64,000 bases of DNA, taken from NCBI GenBank assembly GCA_948467545.1, contig CAOKER010000006.1, positions 66,772 to 130,771 on the forward strand, given 5' to 3'. A program made the position numbers and the translations under genes. Under the pieces are notes generated by a model, which was not told where the DNA came from, made no database searches, and saw only the letters and a list, made by a program, of their open reading frames with translations. This DNA is from an uncultured Eubacteriales bacterium. GTDB lineage: Bacteria > Bacillota > Clostridia > Oscillospirales > CAG-272. Each line of letters opens with the position of its first letter. The first letter of the stretch is position 1. Below are positions 54,403 through 62,606 of the stretch, one piece after another.

Positions 54403-54771
54403 ATGTTAAATGTAAAAATAACAGAAGAGGAGCTCGTAATCAGCGGACATGCCGGTTACGCGCCGCACGGCTGTGATATAGTCTGCGCGGCGGCTACGAT
54501 TCTTTCATATACAGCAGCCGAATGTGTAAAAAACGCGGCTGCACAGGGCCGGCTCAAAGAAGAGCCTTTTATAAGCCTGAACCCGGGACATATCGAAATC
54601 CGCTGTTCCCCAAAATACGCTTACAGCTCCGAGATTCACGCGGTATTCGCAGCGCTTCGCGGCGGATTTCAAATGCTCGGAGAAAATTATCCGATGTCGG
54701 TGCTGTGTAAGTCGGATACGGAAAAGACCTGCGGCCCGAAAGCTTCGCGCGCAGTACGCGCTTTAGGGTGA
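54403..54771 (+). CDS. prp: Prp-like (DUF464) cysteine protease
   Basis: ISGHAGYAPHGCDIVCAAATIL carries the His-Cys dyad context of ribosomal-processing cysteine protease Prp. I prefer ATG 54403 (MLNVKI). Confidence 0.7.
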   Translation: MLNVKITEEELVISGHAGYAPHGCDIVCAAATILSYTAAECVKNAAAQGRLKEEPFISLNPGHIEIRCSPKYAYSSEIHAVFAALRGGFQMLGENYPMSVLCKSDTEKTCGPKASRAVRALG

Positions 54772-54923
54772 AGGCTTCACAAGAATTAACCAAAATGAAA
54801 GGACAATGAAAGAACGCGGAAAAATACGGTGTGCGGATTCTTCCCGATACAAGTACAGCAAGTATTCCGCTCACAGTTCCCGCGCAAAGTTAAGCCGAGT
54901 CAAGCGGAAAAAATGAGGTAAAT

Positions 54924-55823
54924 ATGGACAGAAATCAGATTATCGAATACCCCGAAAACTCAAACGGGAAAACAAATTTTTCCGACGCAGAGTACATAGC
55001 AGACAAAGGCGGTAAAGCCGGTGACGAACACAAGACGGGAACTGACGATAAGGCGGACAAGACCGGCTCGAATAGTGAAGCGGGTATAAGCGGCAGCGCC
55101 GGTGCAGAGCATGTGGCAGATGCAGACGACAGCGCCGAAAATGTCAGCAAAGAGCGCTCGTCAGGCACAAGCGGCAGAGACGCCACAAAGCATGTGACAA
55201 GCACAAGCGATAAAGACGCCACAAAGCGAATGACAGACACAAAAAGTAAAGACAGCACAGGGCAAATGACAGACACAAAAGGTAAAGACAGCACAGAGCA
55301 AATGACAGACACAAAAGGTAAAGACGGCACAGAGCGAATGACAGACACAAAAGGTAAAGACGGCACAGAGCGAATGACAGACACAAAAGATAAAGACGGC
55401 ACAGAACACCGATCAGCTTCTGAAGCGGTCAGAGAGCGGATTATACGTGCAAATGCAGGAAAGCTATGCCGCACCTGGTTAAAACAAGCCGATGAAGCCT
55501 CCGGAATCTACCCCGGTTTCAATTTTCACCGCGAACTTCAAAACCCCCGTTTCTGCGCGATTCTGAAAAACGGAATCGACGTGCGTACCGCTTATGAAGT
55601 AATACACCACGACGAAATAATTCCCGCGGCTCTGCGCTGCGCCGTTCTCGACGCGGAAAAGAAGCTTGCAAACAAACTGATGTCAAACGAGGCCAGACCA
55701 ATCGAGAACGGAAGCGGCGCGGGTGCGGGCGCAACCCTCGGCACCGGCGTTTCAAAAATGTCAAAGGCAAACCGCGACGACATTGTGCGGCGAGTGATGC
55801 GCGGAGAGATTATACGTTTTTAA
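54924..55823 (+). CDS. phage scaffold-like protein with 12-aa tandem repeats
   Basis: It lies between prp and the capsid gene. It is acidic and low-complexity with MTDTKGKDGTER repeats. Confidence 0.5.
   Translation: MDRNQIIEYPENSNGKTNFSDAEYIADKGGKAGDEHKTGTDDKADKTGSNSEAGISGSAGAEHVADADDSAENVSKERSSGTSGRDATKHVTSTSDKDATKRMTDTKSKDSTGQMTDTKGKDSTEQMTDTKGKDGTERMTDTKGKDGTERMTDTKDKDGTEHRSASEAVRERIIRANAGKLCRTWLKQADEASGIYPGFNFHRELQNPRFCAILKNGIDVRTAYEVIHHDEIIPAALRCAVLDAEKKLANKLMSNEARPIENGSGAGAGATLGTGVSKMSKANRDDIVRRVMRGEIIRF
55230..55409 (+). repeat. five in-phase 36-nt tandem repeats
   Basis: atgacagacacaaaaggtaaagacggcacagagcga and variants at 55230, 55266, 55302, 55338 and 55374. Confidence 0.9.
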
Positions 55824-55996
55824 ACTGCTTCAAGATCACACATTTCAATAATTCAATAAGCCGCGCGCCGTAATGTGATACCGAGTCGGCGGACCGTCAC
55901 GCCGCCCTGAAAAGCCCTGAAAAAGGGCGGAACAGCCCGCCGACAGAGAGGCGGGGGACATCTCTTGCCTAAAGTTATAACAGAAAGGAAAAAGTT

Positions 55997-57040
55997 ATGA
56001 AAAACAAAAAACTCAATCTTCAGCTTCTCGCATATGATCCGCAGGAGCAGCCGGATTCCAATACCGGAGCTTCCGGTCTTTCAGCCGAGATGAAAACCTT
56101 CTACGATATGCGTCTGATCGACGAAGCTTCACCCATGCTCGTGCATGAGCAGTTCGGTCAGAAGCGTCCGATTCCGAAGGGCAACGGCAAAACGGTTTCG
56201 TTCCGCCGCTTCTCCCCTCTCGGAAAGGCGACTACGGCGCTTACGGAAGGCGTTACCCCAAGCGGTAGCTCGCTCAGCGTACTCAATGTAAACGCAACAG
56301 TGGCGCAGTACGGCGATTTTGTCGTACAGAGCGACGTGCTTGAGCTTACCGCCGTCGACAACACGATTCTCGAAGCAACAAAGCTTCTCGGACGGCAGGC
56401 CGGTCTAACTATGGACACAATTGTACGCAATGCGCTGCTTCTCGGCACAAACAAGTCGTACGCTTCAAAGTGGGTTAAAAACTCGGACGGAGAAATTGTC
56501 GAAACGGAAGTGACTTCGGCCGCAGGTCTTGACCAGACCGCAACTCTAAAGGTAGACACCGTTCACCGCGTCGTCGCCAAGCTCCGCGCTCAGAACGCGC
56601 CGACAATAAACGGCGATTACGTGTGCATCATACATCCGTATGTAGCCTATGACCTGATGCGCGATCCCGAATGGATAGACGCGCATAAATATGCCTCTCC
56701 CGAAAACCTCTATACCGGAGAAATCGGAAAAATGTGCGGAGTGCGTTTTGTCCAGTCCACCGAAGCGAAAATCGACAAGGGCACCTCAGGGCTCCCGACA
56801 GGTCTCGCGGTATTTCACTGCCTGTTCATCGGCGACGGAGCATACGGCGTAACGGAGGTTACCGGCGGAGGACTGCAGACAATCGTAAAGCAGAAGGGCT
56901 CTGCCGGAACAGCCGATCCTCTTGACCAGCGTTCTTCGGTCGGCTGGAAGGGTATGAAAACGGCAAAGATTCTTGTAGATAACTATCTCGTCGATCTGAT
57001 GTGCTGTTCTAAATTCTCGGCCACGGCGACCGCAAACTGA
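55997..57040 (+). CDS. major capsid protein (N4-gp56-like family)
   Basis: LSAEMKTFYDMRLIDEASPMLVHEQFGQKRPIPKGNGKTVSFRRF matches my recollection of N4-gp56-family capsid proteins. The N-terminus KLNLQLLA resembles a Prp cleavage motif. Confidence 0.7.
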   Translation: MKNKKLNLQLLAYDPQEQPDSNTGASGLSAEMKTFYDMRLIDEASPMLVHEQFGQKRPIPKGNGKTVSFRRFSPLGKATTALTEGVTPSGSSLSVLNVNATVAQYGDFVVQSDVLELTAVDNTILEATKLLGRQAGLTMDTIVRNALLLGTNKSYASKWVKNSDGEIVETEVTSAAGLDQTATLKVDTVHRVVAKLRAQNAPTINGDYVCIIHPYVAYDLMRDPEWIDAHKYASPENLYTGEIGKMCGVRFVQSTEAKIDKGTSGLPTGLAVFHCLFIGDGAYGVTEVTGGGLQTIVKQKGSAGTADPLDQRSSVGWKGMKTAKILVDNYLVDLMCCSKFSATATAN

Positions 57041-57245
57041 TTCTATCCCGCCGTCTGTCGATCATCCGCCGTCCACCCGATTTCAAGGCGGACGGCTCTC
57101 AGAGGGCAGATTCCGCAGAATAATCCGTCATCGGTACGCCAATGACAGCGTATCTCATTGTTTTTTCCGTTGTTTTACCTCAGGCCGCGGAAACGGCACC
57201 CTATTGAAAAACGAAAATGTTATAACTTGAAATAATACGAAAGGC

Positions 57246-57689
57246 ATGGTTCTTATTATGGCAAAAGCAGCAAACATAAAAACCGAAAATACAATTTGCA
57301 ATTCCGTCGACAGCATCAATACATACGGTAAAACAGCTCCGAGCTCTGACGGGAATAAAGTAAGCGAAGCTGTCGAAAAAAACGCCGCCGAAACAATCAG
57401 CGAAGCTGCGGAAAAAACTTTTCACGAGGCAATTGCGAAAACTGCTGAAAAAACCGTTCCGACAGCGACAAACGCTTATCCCGGCGAAAAGCTTGTCCGA
57501 ATCCGTATTCCTCACACTGAAGAGGACGGCGACGTCTTTGTTTCGGTAAACGACCGAAACTGGTATATAAAACGCGGTTCTGAAGTCGAAATTCCAGAAT
57601 GTGCCGCCGAGGTACTCATACGGCGCGAGGAGAGAATCGCCGACGCCATCGACTATGAAAACCGACTTGCCGCGAACCGCAGGCATTGA
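57246..57689 (+). CDS. phage hypothetical protein
   Basis: ORF track. Co-oriented in the morphogenesis module. Confidence 0.5.
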   Translation: MVLIMAKAANIKTENTICNSVDSINTYGKTAPSSDGNKVSEAVEKNAAETISEAAEKTFHEAIAKTAEKTVPTATNAYPGEKLVRIRIPHTEEDGDVFVSVNDRNWYIKRGSEVEIPECAAEVLIRREERIADAIDYENRLAANRRH

Positions 57690-57750
57690 CAAAGCCTCCG
57701 CGTGAATACAACGGAAAGACTTTTACTATCGGAAAGGCTCGGTTATCTAT

Positions 57751-58122
57751 ATGAAACTAAAGGAAGCAATCGACCGCATTGACGAGATGCGCCCAAATAC
57801 AGCGCCTGAGGAGGAAAAAATCCGATGGCTCGACACCTTTGACCGCACGGTACGGAATGAAGTTATAGACGCGCACGATGACGCTCCCGAAACACCGTTT
57901 ATCGGATACAATACCGAATCTCCATACGATACGGAGCTGCTTGTCCCGCCTCCCTACGACGACGTTTACATATACCTTCTTGAATCGCGCATAGCTTACC
58001 GTCTCGGCGAAATCGGCAGATACAACAACTCCGCCGCCATGCTCCAAAGCGTCTATGACAGCTTTGCCCGCGATTATCATCGCAGACACACGCACAAAAA
58101 AGGCGTTTACAAGTATTTTTGA
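57751..58122 (+). CDS. phage hypothetical protein (possible head-completion protein)
   Basis: ORF track. Assignment by position only. Confidence 0.45.
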   Translation: MKLKEAIDRIDEMRPNTAPEEEKIRWLDTFDRTVRNEVIDAHDDAPETPFIGYNTESPYDTELLVPPPYDDVYIYLLESRIAYRLGEIGRYNNSAAMLQSVYDSFARDYHRRHTHKKGVYKYF

Positions 58123-58240
58123 ACTTTTGCCGCCGCATTTTACACGCTCGGATATACGTCTTAACACAAACGCCGTCCGCTCGGAAAAGCTCAAAGCTGC
58201 AAAACAGCCGTAAAAATACAAACAGGAGAAAATCACAAGA

Positions 58241-60037
58241 ATGAAACTGCCTATTCTCAACGCTCAGCAGACATATTCCGAAACCGTCGACAGCTTCGCA
58301 GGTCTAAACAGAAGCGATAAAATCGGCCGCGGCGAGCTTCACGACATGAAAAATCTCACCTCCGACTGCGCGCCGCTGCTCTCCACAAGACGCGCGCGCG
58401 GAAAAGTGCTCGGTCTGCCGAAAGAGGGTTATATCGGCTCAAAGCTGCTCGCGGGAGACAGCCTTTGCTATACCTTTGACAATCTGCTTATTATCAACCG
58501 TTTTCCGTCTTATATAGGAGAGTCTCCCTCAGACCTGATGGCGGTTTTCGACCTTGGTCTCAGCGGCGATTCGGGTACCTTTCTCGTCGCAATGGGAAGC
58601 TACATTTTAATATTTCCGGACAGAAAATACGTAAACACCGCCGATTACAGCGACCGAGGAGCCATCGAATACGAAAAAACGATACATTCCGCCGTATTTA
58701 CTCCATGCGACAGCTCAGGCAATGCATACGAAAATGTCACGGTATCCGCCGAGGCTCCTCAGAATCCGCAAACAGGTGCGCTCTGGCTCGACACGAGCGG
58801 AGAAACTCATATTATGAAAATCTGGTCTGAAAATACCGGAAGCTGGAGCGAAATCGTCACTTCATATGTAAAAATTTCGGTCTCCGCTTCGATTATGCCG
58901 GGGCTTAACGCCGGAGATACCGTAAAAATTTCGGGAATTACGGATTCCCGTCTCTCATCTATAAACGGGTATTTTGAAATTACCGCTGTCGGAGAAAATT
59001 TTTTCATAATACCGGCTCTGATAGAAAATGCAGTCTCTCCGTTCACTGCGCCTTTTGAAGTATCTCGAAAAATGCCGGACTTCGATTTTGTTTTTGAATG
59101 CGGAAACCGTCTCTGGGCGTGCCGATTCGGAGAAAATCAGGAGGGAAAGCAGGTAAACGAAATCTACGCCTCAAAGCTCGGAGATTTCAAAAACTGGAAC
59201 AGCTTCGCGGGAATATCCTCCGACAGCTACGCCGTTTCCCTCGGAAGCGAGGGCGTCTTTACCGGCGCGGTAAACTATCTCGGATACCCCACCTTCTTCC
59301 GCGAAAATTACATTCACAAGATTTACGGCAGTACGCCGTCACAGTTTCAGCTTCGCACGGTAAATGCCGCCGGAGTTCAAAGCGGCTGCGGCGACAGTAT
59401 CGCCGACGTGGCGGGAACACTTTTCTACAAAAGCCGTACAGCCGTCTGCGCATACGACGGTTCCGCGCCTTCCCCGATATCACAAAAACTCGGCGACGCG
59501 ATAAAATGCAGCTCGGCTGTCGGGGCGGCGCTCGGAAAAAAGTATTATATCTCCATGAAATACAGCGGCGAGCCCGCCGCGCTTTACGTCTATGACTCCG
59601 CGCGCGGGGTATGGCATCTTGAGGACAATACCGATGTGCTGTCCTTCGCCTCGGTTCAGGGAGAGCTTTTCTATGTGGAACAAGGTGACAGGCGCACGGT
59701 CCGCACGGTCTGCGGAAGCGGAGAGACCGACACGGAAATGTTTGAATGGATGGCGGAAACGGGACTTATCGGGGCTGAGACACATCTGAAAACATATATC
59801 TCCGCGCTTGCCGTGAGAATGTCTCTTGAACCCGAAGGCAGGGTCATGGTATTCATTCAGTACGATTCGTCGGGCGTGTGGGAGCATGCCGCGTCGATTA
59901 CATCGTCAGATCTGCGCTGCTTCTCGTTTCCTATACACCCGCGGAGATGCGATCATCTGAGACTTAAACTCGTGGGAAAAGGAAAAGCAAAGATATTCTC
60001 GCTTACAAGCACGCTTACGCGCGGCTCCGAGTTTTGA
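58241..60037 (+). CDS. phage structural protein of unknown role (598 aa)
   Basis: ORF track. AGGAGA SD upstream. No motif recognised. Confidence 0.55.
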   Translation: MKLPILNAQQTYSETVDSFAGLNRSDKIGRGELHDMKNLTSDCAPLLSTRRARGKVLGLPKEGYIGSKLLAGDSLCYTFDNLLIINRFPSYIGESPSDLMAVFDLGLSGDSGTFLVAMGSYILIFPDRKYVNTADYSDRGAIEYEKTIHSAVFTPCDSSGNAYENVTVSAEAPQNPQTGALWLDTSGETHIMKIWSENTGSWSEIVTSYVKISVSASIMPGLNAGDTVKISGITDSRLSSINGYFEITAVGENFFIIPALIENAVSPFTAPFEVSRKMPDFDFVFECGNRLWACRFGENQEGKQVNEIYASKLGDFKNWNSFAGISSDSYAVSLGSEGVFTGAVNYLGYPTFFRENYIHKIYGSTPSQFQLRTVNAAGVQSGCGDSIADVAGTLFYKSRTAVCAYDGSAPSPISQKLGDAIKCSSAVGAALGKKYYISMKYSGEPAALYVYDSARGVWHLEDNTDVLSFASVQGELFYVEQGDRRTVRTVCGSGETDTEMFEWMAETGLIGAETHLKTYISALAVRMSLEPEGRVMVFIQYDSSGVWEHAASITSSDLRCFSFPIHPRRCDHLRLKLVGKGKAKIFSLTSTLTRGSEF

Positions 60038-60230
60038 GCCGGCGGGATTTAAACAGTGTGATTTTAGCCGACGTGTTTTCAGCGCCGTGTTTTCAGCCGG
60101 CGGATTTCAGCACCGTGTTTTCAGCCGACGGAATTTGATCCGCGGGATTTCAGCCGGCGGATTTCAGCGGTGAGATTTCAGCCGATGATATTTCAGCCGG
60201 CAAACCTTAGTCCGCGGACTTTTAACCGAC
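60031..60230. repeat. about 12 degenerate 14-15-nt tandem units (GRnTTTCAGCCGRC)
   Basis: gttttgagccggc gggatttaaacagt gtgattttagccgac gtgttttcagcgcc gtgttttcagccggc ggatttcagcacc gtgttttcagccgac ggaatttgatccgcg ggatttcagccggc ggatttcagcggt gagatttcagccgat gatatttcagccggc. Confidence 0.85.
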
Positions 60231-60316
60231 AAACCTCACAGCCGCAGCACCGACAAAAATGGGGTCATTCAGCTATGAGCGGAAAGCAAGCTATGGGCAG
60301 AAAGGAACCGAAAATA

Positions 60317-60466
60317 ATGATTGTAACGTTTGATCCGCCGCATATCGACGCGGCTGCGCCGCAGGCGCAGATTGCACAGATAAAAAACTACCTGACGCTT
60401 CTGTCTGAAAAACTGAATTTTGTCATTGAAACAATTGAATCTATGGAGGACAAAACAGAAAAATAA
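60317..60466 (+). CDS. small phage hypothetical protein (49 aa)
   Basis: In-frame ATG 60317 with AAAGGA 10 nt upstream. The longer track ORF (60170) would start inside the tandem repeat. Confidence 0.4.
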   Translation: MIVTFDPPHIDAAAPQAQIAQIKNYLTLLSEKLNFVIETIESMEDKTEK

Positions 60467-60549
60467 AAGCGAAAGCGCGTCAAAAACAAAAAAACGGCGC
60501 TGAAATATCCGCCGGGAAAGGACACCTTCAAAGGCAAAGTAATATTTTT

Positions 60550-61656
60550 ATGTCAACTGTACAGAAAAAGAAAAACAAGGATGAAAATATATCGGCGATG
60601 TCAAGCGCGGACGCGGCAGCAAAAGCGGAAAATGCGCTCGGCGCCGCGCTCGCGTCGCGTCCGAGCGCGGAGGGCAGTACCGGAACATACAGAAATCAGA
60701 TATCCTCAGCTCTCGGCGAGCTGACAAACCGCGAAAAATTTTCCTACAACCCGGACGGCGACGCGCTTTACAGGCAATACAAAGACAGCTATATAAATTC
60801 CGGAAAGCGCGCAATGCAGGACACCGTCGGACAGGCAAGCACACTCACAGGCGGGTACGCAAATTCATATGCTCAAACCGCCGGACAGCAGGCGTACAAC
60901 GAGCATATTCAAAAGTTGAACGACATAGTTCCTGAGCTGTATAAGCTTGCCTATACAAAATACAGCGACGAGACAAAGGACATTTACAACCGTCTGGCGG
61001 CGCTTTCGGACGCAGACCAAACGGAATATGACCGCTACAGAGACACGGTTTCCGACTGGTACGACGATATAGATATGCTGTACGACGCATACACGGACGC
61101 GCGCGATTTTGATTTCACAAAAACAACATCCGACAGAGATTTTGCTTACTCCAAGGAACGCGACGCGATAAGCGACGCCCAGCGTGAAAGGGAGTTCAAT
61201 GAAAGCGTCAGACAGTACAATCAAAGCCTCGCGGAAGAGCAGAGACAGTTTGACGCATCTCTTGCAAAAGCAATCGCAGAAGCCGCGGCAAAAAATTCAC
61301 AGTCGTCCTCACAATCAAAGTCCTCATCATCTACGTCCTCATCATCCAAGTCCTCCTCTTCGTCCGCAAGTCAGGACGCCGCGGACGCGCTTGCCGACGT
61401 CGGATATTCGCCGAGCCAGCAGAAAACCATCATCACGATGCTCGAAAGCTACAAGGCGGATTACGACAACGCCGCGGGAAACATAGAAGCACAGAATTAC
61501 GCCGTAAACCTCGCGCTCGCATATCTGTCAGGTCTTGAGCATCAGGAAAACAACGCCTACATATTTGAAAAAATATTCGGATTCGTTCCCGACGAGTTAT
61601 CGGGCGACAGCAAATCGGACAAAGGAGGCTCGTCCGGCGGAGTATTCCGACTGTGA
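60550..61656 (+). CDS. phage hypothetical protein with Ser-rich tract
   Basis: ORF track. Low-complexity tract SSQSKSSSSTSSSSKSSSSSAS. Confidence 0.55.
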   Translation: MSTVQKKKNKDENISAMSSADAAAKAENALGAALASRPSAEGSTGTYRNQISSALGELTNREKFSYNPDGDALYRQYKDSYINSGKRAMQDTVGQASTLTGGYANSYAQTAGQQAYNEHIQKLNDIVPELYKLAYTKYSDETKDIYNRLAALSDADQTEYDRYRDTVSDWYDDIDMLYDAYTDARDFDFTKTTSDRDFAYSKERDAISDAQREREFNESVRQYNQSLAEEQRQFDASLAKAIAEAAAKNSQSSSQSKSSSSTSSSSKSSSSSASQDAADALADVGYSPSQQKTIITMLESYKADYDNAAGNIEAQNYAVNLALAYLSGLEHQENNAYIFEKIFGFVPDELSGDSKSDKGGSSGGVFRL

Positions 61657-61927
61657 GTAAAGTTCTTTCGGCAGACAGCATATAGTATAACAGTATAATT
61701 GAATAAAAGGCGAAGTATGACGTCGAAACCCGTCTCCCCCACGCGGCGGACTGCCGCCTTTTGCCGAACCCGTCAGCATATCACAGACCTGTAAATCCGA
61801 TAATTTCATAAATGTAAGCAAGATGTCCGCGCCTGCGACGCGGCGGGCGGTCCGTTTTTTATACGGCGCGGCGGTCCGCCGTCCGGCACATCCTGCCCGC
61901 GCTATGCGCATTTTATTAATTTTAATA

Positions 61928-62254
61928 ATGAAAGGAATGATTGCATATATGGACCTTGTAACATGGCAGCTTCTCGGCACTTACACCGGTGCCGCCGGCG
62001 CTGTGCTTCTCATTACGCAGCTTACAAAAAATATCTCTTTTATAAAAAAAATCCCTACAAATCTCTGGAGCTTTATTATCGCCCTCGCAGTCGTATTCCC
62101 GGCGAAATATTTCACCGGAGGGCTCACACTCTCGGAAGCCGCGCTTATTCCCTTCAACTGCCTGATAATCGCCTTCGCATCAAGCGGCGGCTTCGATACG
62201 CTTCATAAGGCCTTCCCCACCATATTCAAAAAAAGCAATGACGAGAATAAGTAA
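61928..62254 (+). CDS. holin-like small membrane protein
   Basis: MKGMIAYMDLVTWQLLGTYTGAAGAVLLI... has 3 hydrophobic helices and a charged C-terminus (KKSNDENK). It is the last gene of the phage block. I prefer ATG 61928. Confidence 0.4.
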   Translation: MKGMIAYMDLVTWQLLGTYTGAAGAVLLITQLTKNISFIKKIPTNLWSFIIALAVVFPAKYFTGGLTLSEAALIPFNCLIIAFASSGGFDTLHKAFPTIFKKSNDENK

Positions 62255-62274
62255 CATTTCTATGCTCACCGTAT

Positions 62275-62307
62275 AAAGGGCGGTACTCCAAGCGAGTACC
62301 GCCCTTT
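62275..62307 (+). terminator. intrinsic terminator after the phage block
   Basis: aaagggcggtactc / caagc / gagtaccgcccttt (14-bp stem), followed by a T-rich tail. Confidence 0.7.
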
Positions 62308-62606
62308 AACGCTGTTTTATTTTGCCGAATGACTGCCCCGACAGTTTTAATTCCCGCTTCGGCGGAAAAGCTTTATCGAACTTATCACATCCGAATCATA
62401 AACAAAATACCATTTATGTGTGCGTTATGTGTGAGACAGATACCTGTAACACCGTCAATGTATCCTTGCCTGCTGCTACATTTTAGGTAGTTGATAGGTT
62501 AATTTTCAAGCGGTTGTTAACTGCCTTTTTTCAGCTCACTAATAAGAAAGAAACTGCCCCACCTCTCGGTTATAACTATTATCAAGACAAACCGAATACT
62601 ATAAAA

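Larger units (their letters stand above)
49907..62307 (+). mobile_element. phage-derived packaging/head module (prophage remnant, podovirus-like prophage or capsid-forming island)
   Basis: Co-oriented terS?-terL-portal-prp-scaffold-capsid, several unknowns and a holin-like gene. I recognised no tail, lysin or integrase gene in the window. Confidence 0.7.

Noticed and set aside
55144-55409. Cys/Leu-rich minus-strand ORFs (55144..55386, 55161..55409, 54935..55474) that could be mistaken for repeat peptides.
   Set aside because: They are antisense translations of the 36-nt tandem repeat in the scaffold-like gene. They have no SD and their periodicity mirrors the sense repeat.
60031-60230. Possible CRISPR array.
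   Set aside because: The units are 14-15 nt, directly abutting, degenerate and have no unique spacers. No cas genes are in the window.
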